Part shown: one piece after another, positions 37,190-49,525 of the stretch
Layout: each line of letters begins with the position of its first letter
How positions within the stretch are numbered: the first letter of the stretch is position 1
Assembly (NCBI GenBank): GCA_035651675.1
Contig: DASRFH010000019.1
Location: 18,288-82,287 of the forward strand
Direction of reading: 5' to 3'
From: Chloroflexota bacterium
Lineage (GTDB): Bacteria > Chloroflexota > UBA6077 > FW602-bin22
DNA length: 64,000 nucleotides
Made by a program: the position numbers and the translations under genes
Notes under the pieces: generated by a model
Seen by the model: only the letters and a program-made list of their open reading frames with translations
What the model was told of the DNA's origin: nothing
The model's database searches: none

Positions 37190-38085
37190 CGCCGCTGGCC
37201 ACTGTCGATCTCTGGCCCGGCGCCCAGTACCAGCTAACAGTGCGCCGGGAGATCGTCGCCAAGCAGACACGGTTCCAGTCGCTGGCGATCTGCGACACGG
37301 AGACCTTCGGACGAGCGCTCTTCCTCGATAGGAAGATCCAGTCAGCCGAGGCCGACGAGCACATCTACCACGAGGCGCTCGTTCACCCCGCGCTGATCGC
37401 GCACGGCGACCCGAAGAGCGTCTTCATCGCCGGCGGCGGCGAGGGCGCCACCCTGCGCGAGGTGCTGCGCTTTCCCAGCGTGCGCCGTGCGCTGATGGTG
37501 GACATCGACGAGGAGGCCGTCGCCTTCGCGCGTCAGCACATGGGCGCCTGGCACCAGGGCGCGTTCGACGACCCGCGCACGGAGCTGCGCTTCGACGACG
37601 CGCGCGCGGCCCTCGAGCGCTCGGTCGAGCGGTTCGACGCCATCGTCGTGGACGTCACCGACCCCGTGTCCGGCGGTCCCTCGTACCGCCTCTTCACCGA
37701 AGAGTTCTACCAGCTGGCGGTCGAGCGTCTGAACCCAGGCGGCGTGCTGGCGCTCCAGGCCGAGTCGACGGCGCTGCCGATCGTCGAGGGGCACGCCGCG
37801 GTGGCCAAGACCGTGCGGTCGGTCTTCCCGATCGCGCGCTCCTACGCCGTCTTCGTGCCGTCGTTCGGCGAGCCGTGGGGCTTCGTCGTCGCCAGCCGCG
37901 ACGTCGACCCGGCCGCGCTGCCCGACGACGAGGTCGAGCACCGCCTGCGCGAGCGCGGCCTCGCCAACCGCCACTACGACGGCGAGAGCCACCGCCACAT
38001 GTTCGCGTTGACGCGCGGCGTACGCGAGGCGATCGCCGCCGCGCCGCGCACCATCACGGACGATCGGCCGCTCGTTGTCAGCTGA
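37186..38085 (+). CDS. speE: Spermidine synthase (polyamine aminopropyltransferase)
   Basis: GTG 37186 forms a GTGA overlap with the speH stop. Motifs: LFLDRKIQSAEADEHIYHEALVHP, FIAGGGEGATLREVL, VDIDEEAV and VDVTDP. Confidence 0.85.
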   Translation: MTPLATVDLWPGAQYQLTVRREIVAKQTRFQSLAICDTETFGRALFLDRKIQSAEADEHIYHEALVHPALIAHGDPKSVFIAGGGEGATLREVLRFPSVRRALMVDIDEEAVAFARQHMGAWHQGAFDDPRTELRFDDARAALERSVERFDAIVVDVTDPVSGGPSYRLFTEEFYQLAVERLNPGGVLALQAESTALPIVEGHAAVAKTVRSVFPIARSYAVFVPSFGEPWGFVVASRDVDPAALPDDEVEHRLRERGLANRHYDGESHRHMFALTRGVREAIAAAPRTITDDRPLVVS

Positions 38086-39208
38086 GCTCCGGTTCGGGCC
38101 AGGCCTCGTCGCGGCGGCCCGCGCCCTCGACACCCCCTGCCTCGTGCTCGATCAGGACTTGCTGCTCCGTGCCTACCGCGCGCTCAGGTCGGCGCTGCCC
38201 GGCGCCGAGCTCTTCTACGCTATGAAGGCGAACCCGCACGACGCGGTCGTCGCGCCGCTCGCGGCCGACGGGTGCGGCTTCGAGGTCGCGTCGACCGCGG
38301 AGCTCGAGCTCGCCGCGCGGCACGGCGTGCCGCCGGAGCGGATCATCTCCTCCAACTCTGTCAAGACGATCGACCTGCTGCGGCGGGCGCGCGCACTGGG
38401 CGTCGATCGGTTCGCGTTCGACTCCGAAGACGAGCTTCAGAAGATCGGGCGCTTCGCGCCCGGCGCGCGCGTGTACTGCCGCGTGGTCGTCGACAACAGC
38501 GGCTCCGACTGGCCGTTGTCGCGCAAGTTCGGCGTCCCGGCCGGCGACGCGGTGCCCATGCTGCTCGACGCTGCCGCCCTCGGACTGCGACCGCACGGGC
38601 TGTCCTTCCACGTCGGCTCGCAGTGCCGCGACGTGGCGAGCTGGCGTCGCGCTATCGAGACGTGCGCGGCGATCTGGCAGGACGCCGCGCGGGCGGGCCT
38701 GCGCCTCGAGGCGCTCAACCTCGGCGGCGGCTTCCCGGTCCGGCACCTGAGGGAAACGCCGAGCTGGAACGCGATCGGCACGGAGATCGGCGCGGCGGTG
38801 GCGGAGCTGCTCCCACCCGGGGTACGGCTGGTCGTCGAGCCCGGCCGCGCGATCGTCGGCGGGGCGGCGGTGCTCGTGACGAGCGTGATCGGCAAGGCAC
38901 GGCGCGGCGACGAGCGCTGGATCTACCTCGACGCCGGTGTCTTCAACGGCCTCATGGAGGCGGTCGGCGGCCTCGGCTACGAGCTGCGCACCGAGCGCGA
39001 TGGTCCGACGAGTCGGCAGGTCGTGGCCGGGCCGACCTGCGACTCGATGGACGTGATCGCGACCGAAGTCGAGCTGCCGGAGCTCGAGGTTGGCGACCGC
39101 GTGTACGTCATGAACGCGGGCGCGTACACGCTCAGCTACGCGTCCCGGTTCAACGGGTTCGCGCCGCCGGAGCTCCACCTGCTACCCGGTGTGGCGCTCC
39201 CGCGCTAG
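38075..39208 (+). CDS. Group IV PLP-dependent decarboxylase (ornithine/DAP/arginine decarboxylase family; probably ornithine decarboxylase given the context)
   Basis: FYAMKANP (PLP lysine), GFEVAS, HVGSQ, a GGG loop and the C-terminal CDSMD motif. It overlaps speE by 11 nt. Substrate assignment is an inference from the operon. Confidence 0.8.
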   Translation: MSAELRFGPGLVAAARALDTPCLVLDQDLLLRAYRALRSALPGAELFYAMKANPHDAVVAPLAADGCGFEVASTAELELAARHGVPPERIISSNSVKTIDLLRRARALGVDRFAFDSEDELQKIGRFAPGARVYCRVVVDNSGSDWPLSRKFGVPAGDAVPMLLDAAALGLRPHGLSFHVGSQCRDVASWRRAIETCAAIWQDAARAGLRLEALNLGGGFPVRHLRETPSWNAIGTEIGAAVAELLPPGVRLVVEPGRAIVGGAAVLVTSVIGKARRGDERWIYLDAGVFNGLMEAVGGLGYELRTERDGPTSRQVVAGPTCDSMDVIATEVELPELEVGDRVYVMNAGAYTLSYASRFNGFAPPELHLLPGVALPR

Positions 39209-40099
39209 GCCCTGGCCGACCATCTGGGTGTAGATCTGGGTGGTCGCGATGTTGGCGTGGCCGAGCAGCTCCTGGACGTCGCGCAGGTTGGCGTTGTTGC
39301 TGAGTAGGTGGATGGCGAACGAGTGGCGGAGCGTGTGGGGCGTGATCGAGCCAGGCAGGTTGGCCGCCTTCGCGTAGCCCTTGAGGATGAGCCAGAACCC
39401 CTGGCGGGTGAGCCGCTCGCCGCGATGGTTGACGAACAGAGCCGGCGTCTCGCCGTGGCGCGTCAGGCTGGGCCGCGCGAGCGTCAGGTACTCCTCGATG
39501 ACCTGGTGCGTGCGGAAGTCGAACGGGATATGCCGCTCGCGGCCTGCCTTGCCCAGGCAGCGAACGTAATCGGACGCGAGGTCGACGTCGTCCACGTCGA
39601 GCCCCATCATCTCCGACACGCGCATGCCGGTCGCGTACAGGAGGCGCAGCATCGCTGCGTCGCGCGTCGCCTCGGGGCCGGTCTTCTGGAGCGGCGCGGC
39701 CAGCAGCGCATCGACCTCCTCGGGCGCCAGCGTTCGGGGGAGCGTCTTCCCGACCTTGGGCGAGTCGAGGTTGTCGGTCGGGTCGAACTTGATCAAACCC
39801 TCGGCGTGCAGCCAGTGGAAGAACGACTTGACCGCCGCGATCTTGCGCGCCAGCGTCGCAGACGCGTAGCCCTTCTCCTTCAGCCCGTCGAGGAACCCGA
39901 CCAGCCGCCCCTTGTTGACGCCGGCCCAGTTGAAGCTCTCGTCGGCGTCCTGACCGCCGGCGACGTACAGCGGGCGCCCGTTGGTGCGCAGGTAGTCGTA
40001 GAGCTGTGAGAGGTCGTTGCGGTAGGCGGCGATGGTGTTCTCGGAGCTCGACTTTTCGTTGACCAGGTACGACAGGTAGCGGTCGATTTCGCGCTGCAA
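39182..40099 (-). CDS. Site-specific tyrosine recombinase, XerC/XerD family
   Basis: TTG start 5 nt after GGAGGGA. The N-terminal SAM-like domain reads [23 protein letters not shown]. The C-terminal catalytic region reads [12 protein letters not shown]...[13 protein letters not shown]. Confidence 0.85.
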   Translation of the reverse strand: MQREIDRYLSYLVNEKSSSENTIAAYRNDLSQLYDYLRTNGRPLYVAGGQDADESFNWAGVNKGRLVGFLDGLKEKGYASATLARKIAAVKSFFHWLHAEGLIKFDPTDNLDSPKVGKTLPRTLAPEEVDALLAAPLQKTGPEATRDAAMLRLLYATGMRVSEMMGLDVDDVDLASDYVRCLGKAGRERHIPFDFRTHQVIEEYLTLARPSLTRHGETPALFVNHRGERLTRQGFWLILKGYAKAANLPGSITPHTLRHSFAIHLLSNNANLRDVQELLGHANIATTQIYTQMVGQGLARERHTG

Positions 40100-40211
40100 G
40101 CGAGTCCCTCCGGGATGCTGGGCAGCATTCTCAGGAGAGACCCGTAAGTCGCCCGTTGGAAGCAGGCGACCGGACGTTAAGAGAGGGCGCTAGTTATCTC
40201 GACCCGCGGCT

Positions 40212-41222
40212 CTAGTTGTCGACGACCGGTAGGTTGCGCCGCAGGACCTCGATGCGCTCGAGCGCCAGGCCAGCGCCGATCGCGACGCACGCGAGCGGGT
40301 TGTCGGCGACGTAACAGGGCACGCCGGTTTCGAGCGTCAACAGCCGGTCGATACCGCGGAGCAGCGCGCCCCCGCCCGTCAGGATGATGCCCTTGTCGAT
40401 CACATCGGAAGCGAGCTCGGGCGGCGTGAGCTCGAGGACGGACTTCGTGGCCGCTACGATCGCCGCCAGAGGCTCGGCGATCGCCTCGCGTACCTCGCTC
40501 GAGCGGACGGTGATCGTCTTCGGCAGGCCGCCGACCTGGTCGCGTCCGCGCACCTCCATCGTGAGCTCTTGCTCGAGCGGCAGCGCCGAGCCGATCTGGA
40601 TCTTGACCTCCTCGGCCATGCGCTCGCCGATCATCAAGTTGTACTTGCGCTTGATGTAGGTGGCGATCGCGTCGTCCATCTTGTTGCCGGCGACGCGCAC
40701 CGACCGCGCCTCGACGATGCCGTTCAGCGAGATGATCGCCGCCTCGGTCGTGCCGCCGCCGATGTCCACGACCATGTTGCCGCTCGCCACGTGGATCGGG
40801 ATCTTGGCGCCGATCGCCGCCGCCAGTGGCTCCTCGATCAGCCAGGCGTTGCGCGCCCCCGCCTGGATCGTCGCGTCGTGGACCGCGCGCTGCTCGACGC
40901 TCGTGACACCGGCCGGGATGCAGATCATCACGTCTGGCTTCACCAGGCTGAAAGCGCCCACCACGCGCTTGATGAAGTACCGAAGCATCGCCTCGGTGAT
41001 CACGTAGTCGGCGATGACGCCGTCGCGCATCGGCCGGACGACCGACACCGAGCCCGGCGTCCGACCGAGCATCGCTTGCGCCTCGCGGCCAACCGCCATG
41101 ATCGCGTTCTCGCTGGTCGAGATCGCGACGACCGAGGGCTCCTGGAGGACGATGCCTTTGCCGCGGACGTAGACGAGCACGTTCGCCGTGCCCAGGTCGA
41201 TGCCGATCTGCTTCGAGAACAT
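40212..41222 (-). CDS. mreB: Rod shape-determining protein MreB
   Basis: [48 protein letters not shown]. Confidence 0.95.
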   Translation of the reverse strand: MFSKQIGIDLGTANVLVYVRGKGIVLQEPSVVAISTSENAIMAVGREAQAMLGRTPGSVSVVRPMRDGVIADYVITEAMLRYFIKRVVGAFSLVKPDVMICIPAGVTSVEQRAVHDATIQAGARNAWLIEEPLAAAIGAKIPIHVASGNMVVDIGGGTTEAAIISLNGIVEARSVRVAGNKMDDAIATYIKRKYNLMIGERMAEEVKIQIGSALPLEQELTMEVRGRDQVGGLPKTITVRSSEVREAIAEPLAAIVAATKSVLELTPPELASDVIDKGIILTGGGALLRGIDRLLTLETGVPCYVADNPLACVAIGAGLALERIEVLRRNLPVVDN

Positions 41223-41327
41223 TTAGGGGCGTGCTAATCCTGGGTCAAGATGCGCGCCGCGCGCCAGTCTACCACACGGCGGCCAGCAAGCCCGAGCGGG
41301 GGCTCGCCAGGCCGCCTCCTTGGTTCC

Positions 41328-42623
41328 TCAAGCAGGAACCGGCTCGGCCCGCGCTGCGGCGCCCATCCGCTCGATCCGGGCGCCCAGCGCCCGCAGCTTG
41401 GTGTCGAGCTGCTCGTACCCGCGGTCGACGTGGTAGATGTCCTCGATCTCGGTCGTGCCCTCGGCCGCCAGCCCGGCCACGATGAGCGCGGCCCCGGCCC
41501 GCAGGTCAGCGGCCCGCACCGTCGCCCCACGCAGCTTCGTCGGGCCGTCGATCTCGGCGGTCTGGCCGCCTGTCACACGGATCCGCGCGCCGAGCTTGCG
41601 CAGCTCCTTCACGTACCCGAGCCGGTCGTCGAACACGCGCTCGTGCACCAGGCTCGTCCCGTCGCACTGCGTGAGGAGCGTCGAGAACACCGACTGCAGG
41701 TCGGTCGGGAAACCGGGGTAGTGCAGCGCCTGGAGCTCGACAGCCTGCAGCCTGCCGGTAGCGCAGGCCCGCACCCAGGTCTCACCCTCTTCGACCATCG
41801 CGCCGACCTCGGCGAGCTTGTGGATCACCGGGTCGAGGTGCGGCACGACGACGTCTTGAACCGTGACGTCGCCGCCGGTCATCACGCCGGCCACCAGGAA
41901 GGTGCCGGCTTCGATCCGGTCCGGCAGGCAGCGGAGGTGGACGCCGTACAGCTCGCCGACACCCTCCACCTCGATGAGGCTCGTCCCAGCCCCGCGGATC
42001 TTGGCACCCATGCGGATCAGGCACTCCGCGAGCGCGGCGACCTCGGGCTCGGTCGCGGCGTGCTTGATGATCGTCCGCCCCTTGGCGAGGCTGGCGGCCA
42101 TCAGCAGGTCCTCGGTGCCGGTCACGCTCGGATAGTCGAGGTAGAGCCGCGCACCCACCAGCCGGTCGGCCTGGATCCGGTACGCCTCGCCGTCGTGCTC
42201 GACGTTCGCGCCCATCGCCGCGAAGCCCTTGACGTCGACGTTGACCGGCCTCCGACCGATCGCGCACCCGCCGGGTTGTGATGCGACGCCATGCCCGGCC
42301 CGTGCCAGCAGCGGCCCCATGGCGAGGAACGACGCGCGCATCGAGCGCGCCAGCCCGGCCGGGATCTCGTACGACCGAAGCCGGCGCGCCCGGATACGCA
42401 CCGAGTGCTCGAGCTCGTCGAGCTCGACCTCGGCGCCCAAGCTCTCGACGAGCTCGAGCATGTGCCGGATGTCCTCGATGAGCGGGAGGTTGTCGATAAC
42501 GACGTCCTCCCGGGTCAGCAGCGCCGCGGCGATGATCGGCAGCGCGGCGTTCTTGGCGCCCGAGATCTGCACGTCGCCGCGGAGCGGGACCCCGCCTTCG
42601 ATCACGAACCGATCATCGTTCAC
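41328..42623 (-). CDS. murA: UDP-N-acetylglucosamine 1-carboxyvinyltransferase
   Basis: 431 aa. Contains GAKNAALPI, the active-site loop QPGGCAIGRRPVN (Cys), and GFPTDLQ. Confidence 0.95.
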   Translation of the reverse strand: MNDDRFVIEGGVPLRGDVQISGAKNAALPIIAAALLTREDVVIDNLPLIEDIRHMLELVESLGAEVELDELEHSVRIRARRLRSYEIPAGLARSMRASFLAMGPLLARAGHGVASQPGGCAIGRRPVNVDVKGFAAMGANVEHDGEAYRIQADRLVGARLYLDYPSVTGTEDLLMAASLAKGRTIIKHAATEPEVAALAECLIRMGAKIRGAGTSLIEVEGVGELYGVHLRCLPDRIEAGTFLVAGVMTGGDVTVQDVVVPHLDPVIHKLAEVGAMVEEGETWVRACATGRLQAVELQALHYPGFPTDLQSVFSTLLTQCDGTSLVHERVFDDRLGYVKELRKLGARIRVTGGQTAEIDGPTKLRGATVRAADLRAGAALIVAGLAAEGTTEIEDIYHVDRGYEQLDTKLRALGARIERMGAAARAEPVPA

Positions 42624-42661
42624 CGGTCGGGGCCCCTCCTCGTGACGTGCCTTCTGACAGT

Positions 42662-42922
42662 CTACCCGGCCTCGACCGCCGAGTCGGCCAGCACGCGCAC
42701 CCGCGAGTGGTGGACCTCCAGGAACCCACCCGTGACCGCCACGCGCGTCTCACCGCCGCGCCGCCGCACGCGCAGCTCGCCAGCCTTCAGCAACGTGATG
42801 AGCGACGCGTGGCGCGGCAGGATGGTGATCTGGCCGTCCGCCGCCGGGGCAACGACCGAGTCGACGTCACCCTCGGAGAGCACCTGGCGCTCGGCGGTGA
42901 CGATCTCGAGCTCGAGGGGCAT
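42662..42922 (-). CDS. atpC: F1 ATP synthase epsilon subunit, short form (beta-sandwich domain only)
   Basis: The 86-aa product LELEIVTAERQVL...GQITILPRHASLITLLKAGELRV...VTGGFLEV...VLADSA matches the epsilon N-terminal domain. There is no room for the C-terminal helical hairpin before murA. Confidence 0.8.
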   Translation of the reverse strand: MPLELEIVTAERQVLSEGDVDSVVAPAADGQITILPRHASLITLLKAGELRVRRRGGETRVAVTGGFLEVHHSRVRVLADSAVEAG

Positions 42923-42925
42923 CGA

Positions 42926-44365
<1,440 letters not shown>

Positions 44366-44403
44366 TTACGCCCGACGATGTAGCGCAGAGCGTTGTACCG
44401 CAA

Positions 44404-45270
44404 TCATTCGCTCGCGGCTCGCAGGGCCTCCGCCCCGCTCGAGATCTCGAGGATCTCCTTCGTGATGCCCGCCTGGCGGGCCTTGTTGTAGGACAGCGTC
44501 AGCGACTTCACGATGTCCTTGGCGTTTTCGGTCGCGTTGTGCATCGCGATCATCCGCGCGCTCTCTTCGCTCGCCCGCGACTCGAGCAGCGCCTGGAAGA
44601 TCTGCACCTCGACGTAGCGGGGCAGCACCGCCGCCAGTACCTCGGCGGGGCTTGGCTCGAACAAGAAGTTGGCGAACCGCGCCGTGTCCTGCCCCTGCGG
44701 CGGACGGATCGGCAGCAGCTGGACGGTTTGGGGTCGCTGCTGCGAGTTGCTGATGAACTTCGTGTAGATCAGCGTGACCTCGTCGACGGTGCCGTCGCTG
44801 AACTCGTCGATCGCGATGCGAGCCGCCTCGCGGACGTCGTCCATCGTCGGCCGGTTCGGCACCGGCGTGAACTCGGCGATGACGTTCCGGTTGCGCCGGT
44901 GCAGCCAGTCACGCCCGCGCCGCCCGATCGCGACGATGCGAGGGTTGTGCTCGGCCGCGAAGTTGACCCCGGCGCGGAGCACGTTCCCCACCATCGCGCC
45001 GGCCAGCCCGCGGTCCGGTGTGATGAACACCAGCATCCGATCCTCGACCGGCCGGCTCAGCAGGAGCGGGTGCGGCTGGTCGTCACCGCCGCCGCTGGTC
45101 GCCAACGTGCTCACCAGCGCGGCGAGCTGCTCCGCGTACGGCCGACTGGCGAGCACGGCAGACTGGGCGTGGCGCAGCCGCGCGGCCGCCACCATCTCGA
45201 GCGCCTTGGTGATCTGTGAGGTGTTCCGGACGGAGCGAATCCGCCGGCGGATTTCGCGCGCGGACGGCAT
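44404..45270 (-). CDS. atpG: F1 ATP synthase gamma subunit
   Basis: MPSAREIRRRIRSVRNTSQITKALEMVAAARL and the C-terminal ITKEILEI are typical gamma termini. Confidence 0.9.
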   Translation of the reverse strand: MPSAREIRRRIRSVRNTSQITKALEMVAAARLRHAQSAVLASRPYAEQLAALVSTLATSGGGDDQPHPLLLSRPVEDRMLVFITPDRGLAGAMVGNVLRAGVNFAAEHNPRIVAIGRRGRDWLHRRNRNVIAEFTPVPNRPTMDDVREAARIAIDEFSDGTVDEVTLIYTKFISNSQQRPQTVQLLPIRPPQGQDTARFANFLFEPSPAEVLAAVLPRYVEVQIFQALLESRASEESARMIAMHNATENAKDIVKSLTLSYNKARQAGITKEILEISSGAEALRAASE

Positions 45271-46779
45271 CTAGTACGGCACGCTCTGCTTGAACTCGTC
45301 GAGCGCGGCGCGGAGCTGAGCGGTCGTCTCGTCGGTGAGCTGTTTCTCGTCGCGGATCTTAGCGAGCAGCTCGGGGTGGTTCGAGTCCATGAAGGGGTGG
45401 AAGGCCGCCTCGAACGCCTGCACCTTCTCCACGGGGACGTCGTCGAGGTAGCCGTTGGTGACGGCGAAGATGATCGCGACCTGCTTCTCCATCGGCAGCG
45501 GCTGGTACTGTGGCTGCTTGAAGACCTCGGTGATGCGCGCACCGCGGTCGAGCTGCCGACGTGTCGCCGCGTCCAGGTCGGACCCGAACTGCGCGAACGC
45601 GGCGAGCTCGCGGTACTGCGCGTACTCCAGCCGCAGGCGACCGGCGACCTGCTTCATCGCACGCACCTGCGCCGAGCCGCCCACGCGCGACACCGACAGA
45701 CCGACGTTCATCGCCGGCCGGATGCCGGCGTAGAAGAGGTCGGACTCCAGGTACACCTGGCCGTCGGTGATCGAGATGACGTTCGTCGGGATGTACGCCG
45801 AGACGTCGTTAGCCTGCGTCTCGATGATCGGAAGCGCCGTGAGCGAGCCGCCGCCGTTCTCCTTGTTCAGCTTGCAAGCGCGCTCGAGCAGGCGGGAGTG
45901 CAGGTAGAAGACGTCGCCCGGGTACGCCTCGCGGCCCGGAGGGCGGCGCAGCAGCAGGGACATCTGCCGGTAGGCCCAGGCGTGCTTGGTGAGGTCGTCG
46001 TACACGATCAACGCGTCGCGCCCTGCGTCGAGGAAGTATTCGGCCATCGCGCAGCCCGAGTACGGCGCCAAGTACTGCAGCGCGGCGGCGTCGGTGGCGT
46101 TCGCGACGACGACGATCGTGTTGTCGAGCTTCCCGAAGCGCTCGAGCGTCGCCACGGTCTGGGCCACCTTGGCGGCCTTTTGGCCGACGGCGACGTACAC
46201 GCAGACGACGTCGCCCTTCTCCTGGTTCAAGATGGTGTCGAGCACCACAGCGCTCTTGCCGGTCTGGCGGTCGCCGATGATCAGCTCCCGCTGGCCGCGG
46301 CCGATGGCCGTCATCGAGTCGATCGGCTTGATGCCGGTGTAGAGCGGCACGTTCACCGACTGACGGGTGACGACGTTCGGCGCGATGCGCTCCACCGGTC
46401 GACGCTCCGTGCCGACGATCGGTCCCTTGCCGTCGATCGGTTCGCCGAGCGCGTTCACGACGCGGCCGATCAGCGCCTCGCCGACCGGCACGTCGACGAC
46501 GCGGCCGGTCGAACGGACCTCGTCGCCTTCCTTGATGCCCGTCTCGTCGCCCAGCAGCACCGCGCCGACGGTGTCCTCTTCCAGGTTCAACGCCAGGCCG
46601 AAGATGTTGCCGGGGAACTCCAGCAGCTCGCCGGACAGAGCGGCCGACAGGCCGTAGATCTGGGCCACGCCGTCGTGGACTTCGATCACCGTCCCGACGT
46701 TCGTCGTCGTGACGGTCTGACCGAAGTGCTGGATCTGGTCCTTGATGATGTTCGTGATCTCTTCAGCCCGTACGGCCAT
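45271..46779 (-). CDS. atpA: F1 ATP synthase alpha subunit
   Basis: GDRQTGKS P-loop, 502 aa, and a typical alpha-subunit pattern throughout. Confidence 0.97.
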   Translation of the reverse strand: MAVRAEEITNIIKDQIQHFGQTVTTTNVGTVIEVHDGVAQIYGLSAALSGELLEFPGNIFGLALNLEEDTVGAVLLGDETGIKEGDEVRSTGRVVDVPVGEALIGRVVNALGEPIDGKGPIVGTERRPVERIAPNVVTRQSVNVPLYTGIKPIDSMTAIGRGQRELIIGDRQTGKSAVVLDTILNQEKGDVVCVYVAVGQKAAKVAQTVATLERFGKLDNTIVVVANATDAAALQYLAPYSGCAMAEYFLDAGRDALIVYDDLTKHAWAYRQMSLLLRRPPGREAYPGDVFYLHSRLLERACKLNKENGGGSLTALPIIETQANDVSAYIPTNVISITDGQVYLESDLFYAGIRPAMNVGLSVSRVGGSAQVRAMKQVAGRLRLEYAQYRELAAFAQFGSDLDAATRRQLDRGARITEVFKQPQYQPLPMEKQVAIIFAVTNGYLDDVPVEKVQAFEAAFHPFMDSNHPELLAKIRDEKQLTDETTAQLRAALDEFKQSVPY

Positions 46780-46808
46780 CGTCCCTCCGGAAGGTGCGCC
46801 GAAGCGCC

Positions 46809-47339
46809 CTAGACAAGCTGCCGGCGCAGCGCGGCGAGGCTCTCGGCCACGCTGCCGTTGATTAGTCTATCGCCCACCCTCGCGACGACACCGCCGATGA
46901 TCGAGGGATCGACCTGCCGCTCGAGGATTACCCTGCGGCCAACCAGCCTCGCGAGCAGCGCCGCGATGCGGTCGGCCTCCGCGTCGGAGATCGGCACGGC
47001 GGTCGTCACTGTCGCCTCGGCGACCCCCTGATGCTCGAGCATCATCGCACGAAACTCGCGCACGACGGCGCCGAGCAAGTCGATCCGCCCACGCTCGATC
47101 AGCACGTAGACGAAGTTGCGCCGCAGCGGATCGAGGCCGCTGAGCGCACGGTCGACCAGCTCGCGCTTCCGCTCGAACGAAAGCTTCGGCGAGACGAGCA
47201 CGGGCCGGACCGCCGGGTCCTCGATCGCCGCCTGGATCGCCTGGAGGTCGCTCAGCCAGCTCTCGAGCGGCTCGTCGCGCTCGAGCGCTAGCTCGAACAG
47301 CGCCCGCGCGTAGCGCCTGGCGACCGATTCCGCTGCCAT
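46809..47339 (-). CDS. atpH: F1 ATP synthase delta subunit (OSCP)
   Basis: 176 aa. Begins [13 protein letters not shown], ends [17 protein letters not shown], and sits in the expected operon position. Confidence 0.8.
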   Translation of the reverse strand: MAAESVARRYARALFELALERDEPLESWLSDLQAIQAAIEDPAVRPVLVSPKLSFERKRELVDRALSGLDPLRRNFVYVLIERGRIDLLGAVVREFRAMMLEHQGVAEATVTTAVPISDAEADRIAALLARLVGRRVILERQVDPSIIGGVVARVGDRLINGSVAESLAALRRQLV

Positions 47340-47377
47340 TCACACCTCTACCCGGCGGTGGGTCTTCCTCGGAAGAC

Positions 47378-47884
47378 TCACCGCACCCTGCCGGAGCCCG
47401 ACTCTGCCTCTTGAAGGACGCGCTCGATCAGATCGACGTGCTGCTTCGCGTCCAGGTCGCGCTGGACGACCCGGCTCGCCGCCAGGATCGCGAGCTCCGC
47501 CACTTGCTGGCGGAGCTGCGCCTGGGCTTGCTCGGTCTCACGCTGGATCTGCTCGCGCGCCCGTGCCAGGAAGGCCTCCGCGTCGCGGCTCGCCTTCTCG
47601 TGCGCCTCGGCCTGGATGCGCTGGGCGATCTGGTTGGCGTTGGCGACCACCTGCTGGCCCTCGCGGCGCGCCTCGGCCAGGCGCTCCTGGAACTGCTGCT
47701 CCATGCGCTCGGCGTCACGCTGGATCTGCTCGGCCTTCTCCATGCTCTCGCGGATCCGGTTCGCGCGCGCGTCGAGCATACCGACGACGCGCGGGAACAG
47801 GAACTTCCAGAGGATGAAGAGCAGGACCAGGAAGTTGATGAGCTGCGCGAGCAGCCCCGTCCCGTTGATGCCGAGAGCTTCCAC
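47378..47884 (-). CDS. atpF: Fo ATP synthase subunit b
   Basis: A single N-terminal TM segment (LLAQLINFLVLLFILWKFLF), a long charged helix, and the expected operon position. Confidence 0.8.
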   Translation of the reverse strand: MEALGINGTGLLAQLINFLVLLFILWKFLFPRVVGMLDARANRIRESMEKAEQIQRDAERMEQQFQERLAEARREGQQVVANANQIAQRIQAEAHEKASRDAEAFLARAREQIQRETEQAQAQLRQQVAELAILAASRVVQRDLDAKQHVDLIERVLQEAESGSGRVR

Positions 47885-47899
47885 CGACCGTTCCCGTTC

Positions 47900-48148
<249 letters not shown>

Positions 48149-49000
48149 CTAGTGGTGTGAGGCCTCGGCCCCGTGCGCGACGTCGCCATGCTCGTGGGCC
48201 GTCGTGGCCAACGTCATGAAAACGAGCGTCAGCACCGCGAACACGAACGCCTGAATGAACCCGACGAAGAGCTCGAGCCCGTAGAACGGCAGCGCCGCCA
48301 GCCAGGGCACGAGGAACACGATCACCGCCAGCAGCACCTCGCCGGCGAAAATGTTGCCGAAGAGCCGGAAGGTGAACGACACGATCTTGGCGAACTCGGC
48401 GATCAGCTCGAGCAGGCCGACGTAGATCCCGATCGGCCCACCACGGAAGTTGAAGAACTTCTCGACGTAGCCGCCACCGAGCTCTTTAAGCCCAAAAATC
48501 TGCGTCGCGACCACCGACGTGAGCGCGATCGCGAGCGTCGTGTTCAGATCGGTCGTCGCCGCGCGCAGCAGCGGAACGAACTCGGTCTCGCCCTCCGGCG
48601 TCGTCTCGCGGAAACCGATCGATCCGAAGCCCGGCAGCAGCCCCATCCAGTTCGACAGGATCACGAAAAAGAATATCGTCCCGACGATCGGGAAGAACTG
48701 GCGGCCCTTGCGAACTCCCGCCACGCTCTCGCAGAGGCCGAGGATCGCCTCGGTCGCGTACTCGACGAAGTTCTGTAGCCCGCTCGGCACCATCTGCGCG
48801 TTGCTCGTCGCCGCGTAAAAGACGACGATCAGCACGACGGTCGAGATCCACCCGGCCAGGATCGAGTTGGTGACCGTGAACCCGCCGATGTGGCCGATCG
48901 GCTCGGCGGCGAGCTGGATGTGCGCCAGGGGGACCGGCGCGAGCAACGCGCCGGCGATGATCGCCGCGACCACGACGACCGCGATGAGCAGGCCCTTCAC
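48149..49000 (-). CDS. atpB: Fo ATP synthase subunit a
   Basis: 283-aa polytopic protein. The conserved Arg region reads VSFTFRLFGNIFAGE. Confidence 0.85.
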   Translation of the reverse strand: MKGLLIAVVVVAAIIAGALLAPVPLAHIQLAAEPIGHIGGFTVTNSILAGWISTVVLIVVFYAATSNAQMVPSGLQNFVEYATEAILGLCESVAGVRKGRQFFPIVGTIFFFVILSNWMGLLPGFGSIGFRETTPEGETEFVPLLRAATTDLNTTLAIALTSVVATQIFGLKELGGGYVEKFFNFRGGPIGIYVGLLELIAEFAKIVSFTFRLFGNIFAGEVLLAVIVFLVPWLAALPFYGLELFVGFIQAFVFAVLTLVFMTLATTAHEHGDVAHGAEASHH

Positions 49001-49001
49001 G

Positions 49002-49232
49002 TCAACCCTTTCGTGTTTCCCGCATACCCAGCGACGCGCTGATCGTGCGGTAGACGAGCACCATCGCCAGGTTGGCAGCTACGACCGAACACACAAGCGT
49101 CAGGAACGGCCGCGTGCCCAGATGGCCGTCCAGGACGACGCCCGCGGCGAGCGCCCCGATCAGCACCGCAGCGACGACCATGCACAGGCCCACGGTGCCG
49201 GACCTGCTCAACGTCGTCGTTGGGGGCGTCAT
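49002..49232 (-). CDS. AtpZ/AtpI family small membrane protein
   Basis: 76 aa with two TM segments, immediately upstream of atpB (1-nt gap), which is the usual position of atpI/atpZ. Confidence 0.55.
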   Translation of the reverse strand: MTPPTTTLSRSGTVGLCMVVAAVLIGALAAGVVLDGHLGTRPFLTLVCSVVAANLAMVLVYRTISASLGMRETRKG

Positions 49233-49525
49233 TCAGGCGCCGCTCGGCGCGGGCGCGAGTATAGACACGATCAAATCGCTCCGCAAAAGGGGCGTGCTCC
49301 GGGGCATCGCACCATTCTCGCACGACCGACGCCATCGCGCCGGCGTTCTCTTGTCCTGCTGTCAGGTCACCGATAAACTCTGCGTATCTTCGAACGAGAA
49401 CGCCCCTCCAGAACAGAGATGGGAGCAGGTGCGTTCGCCGCGGTGCGCGCCGGTCGGATCGGGCCCAGCCCACGACGTCGAGGCTCGCTAGGCACCGCCG
49501 TGCCACGTAGAAAGGAACCGGCACC

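Noticed and set aside
39182-40099. Tyrosine recombinase as a marker of an integrated mobile element or genomic island
   Set aside because: The sequence looks like housekeeping XerC/XerD. Both flanks are core genes (polyamine operon, mreB, murA). There is no adjacent tRNA, no direct repeats or att-like duplications that I could see, and no shift in composition.
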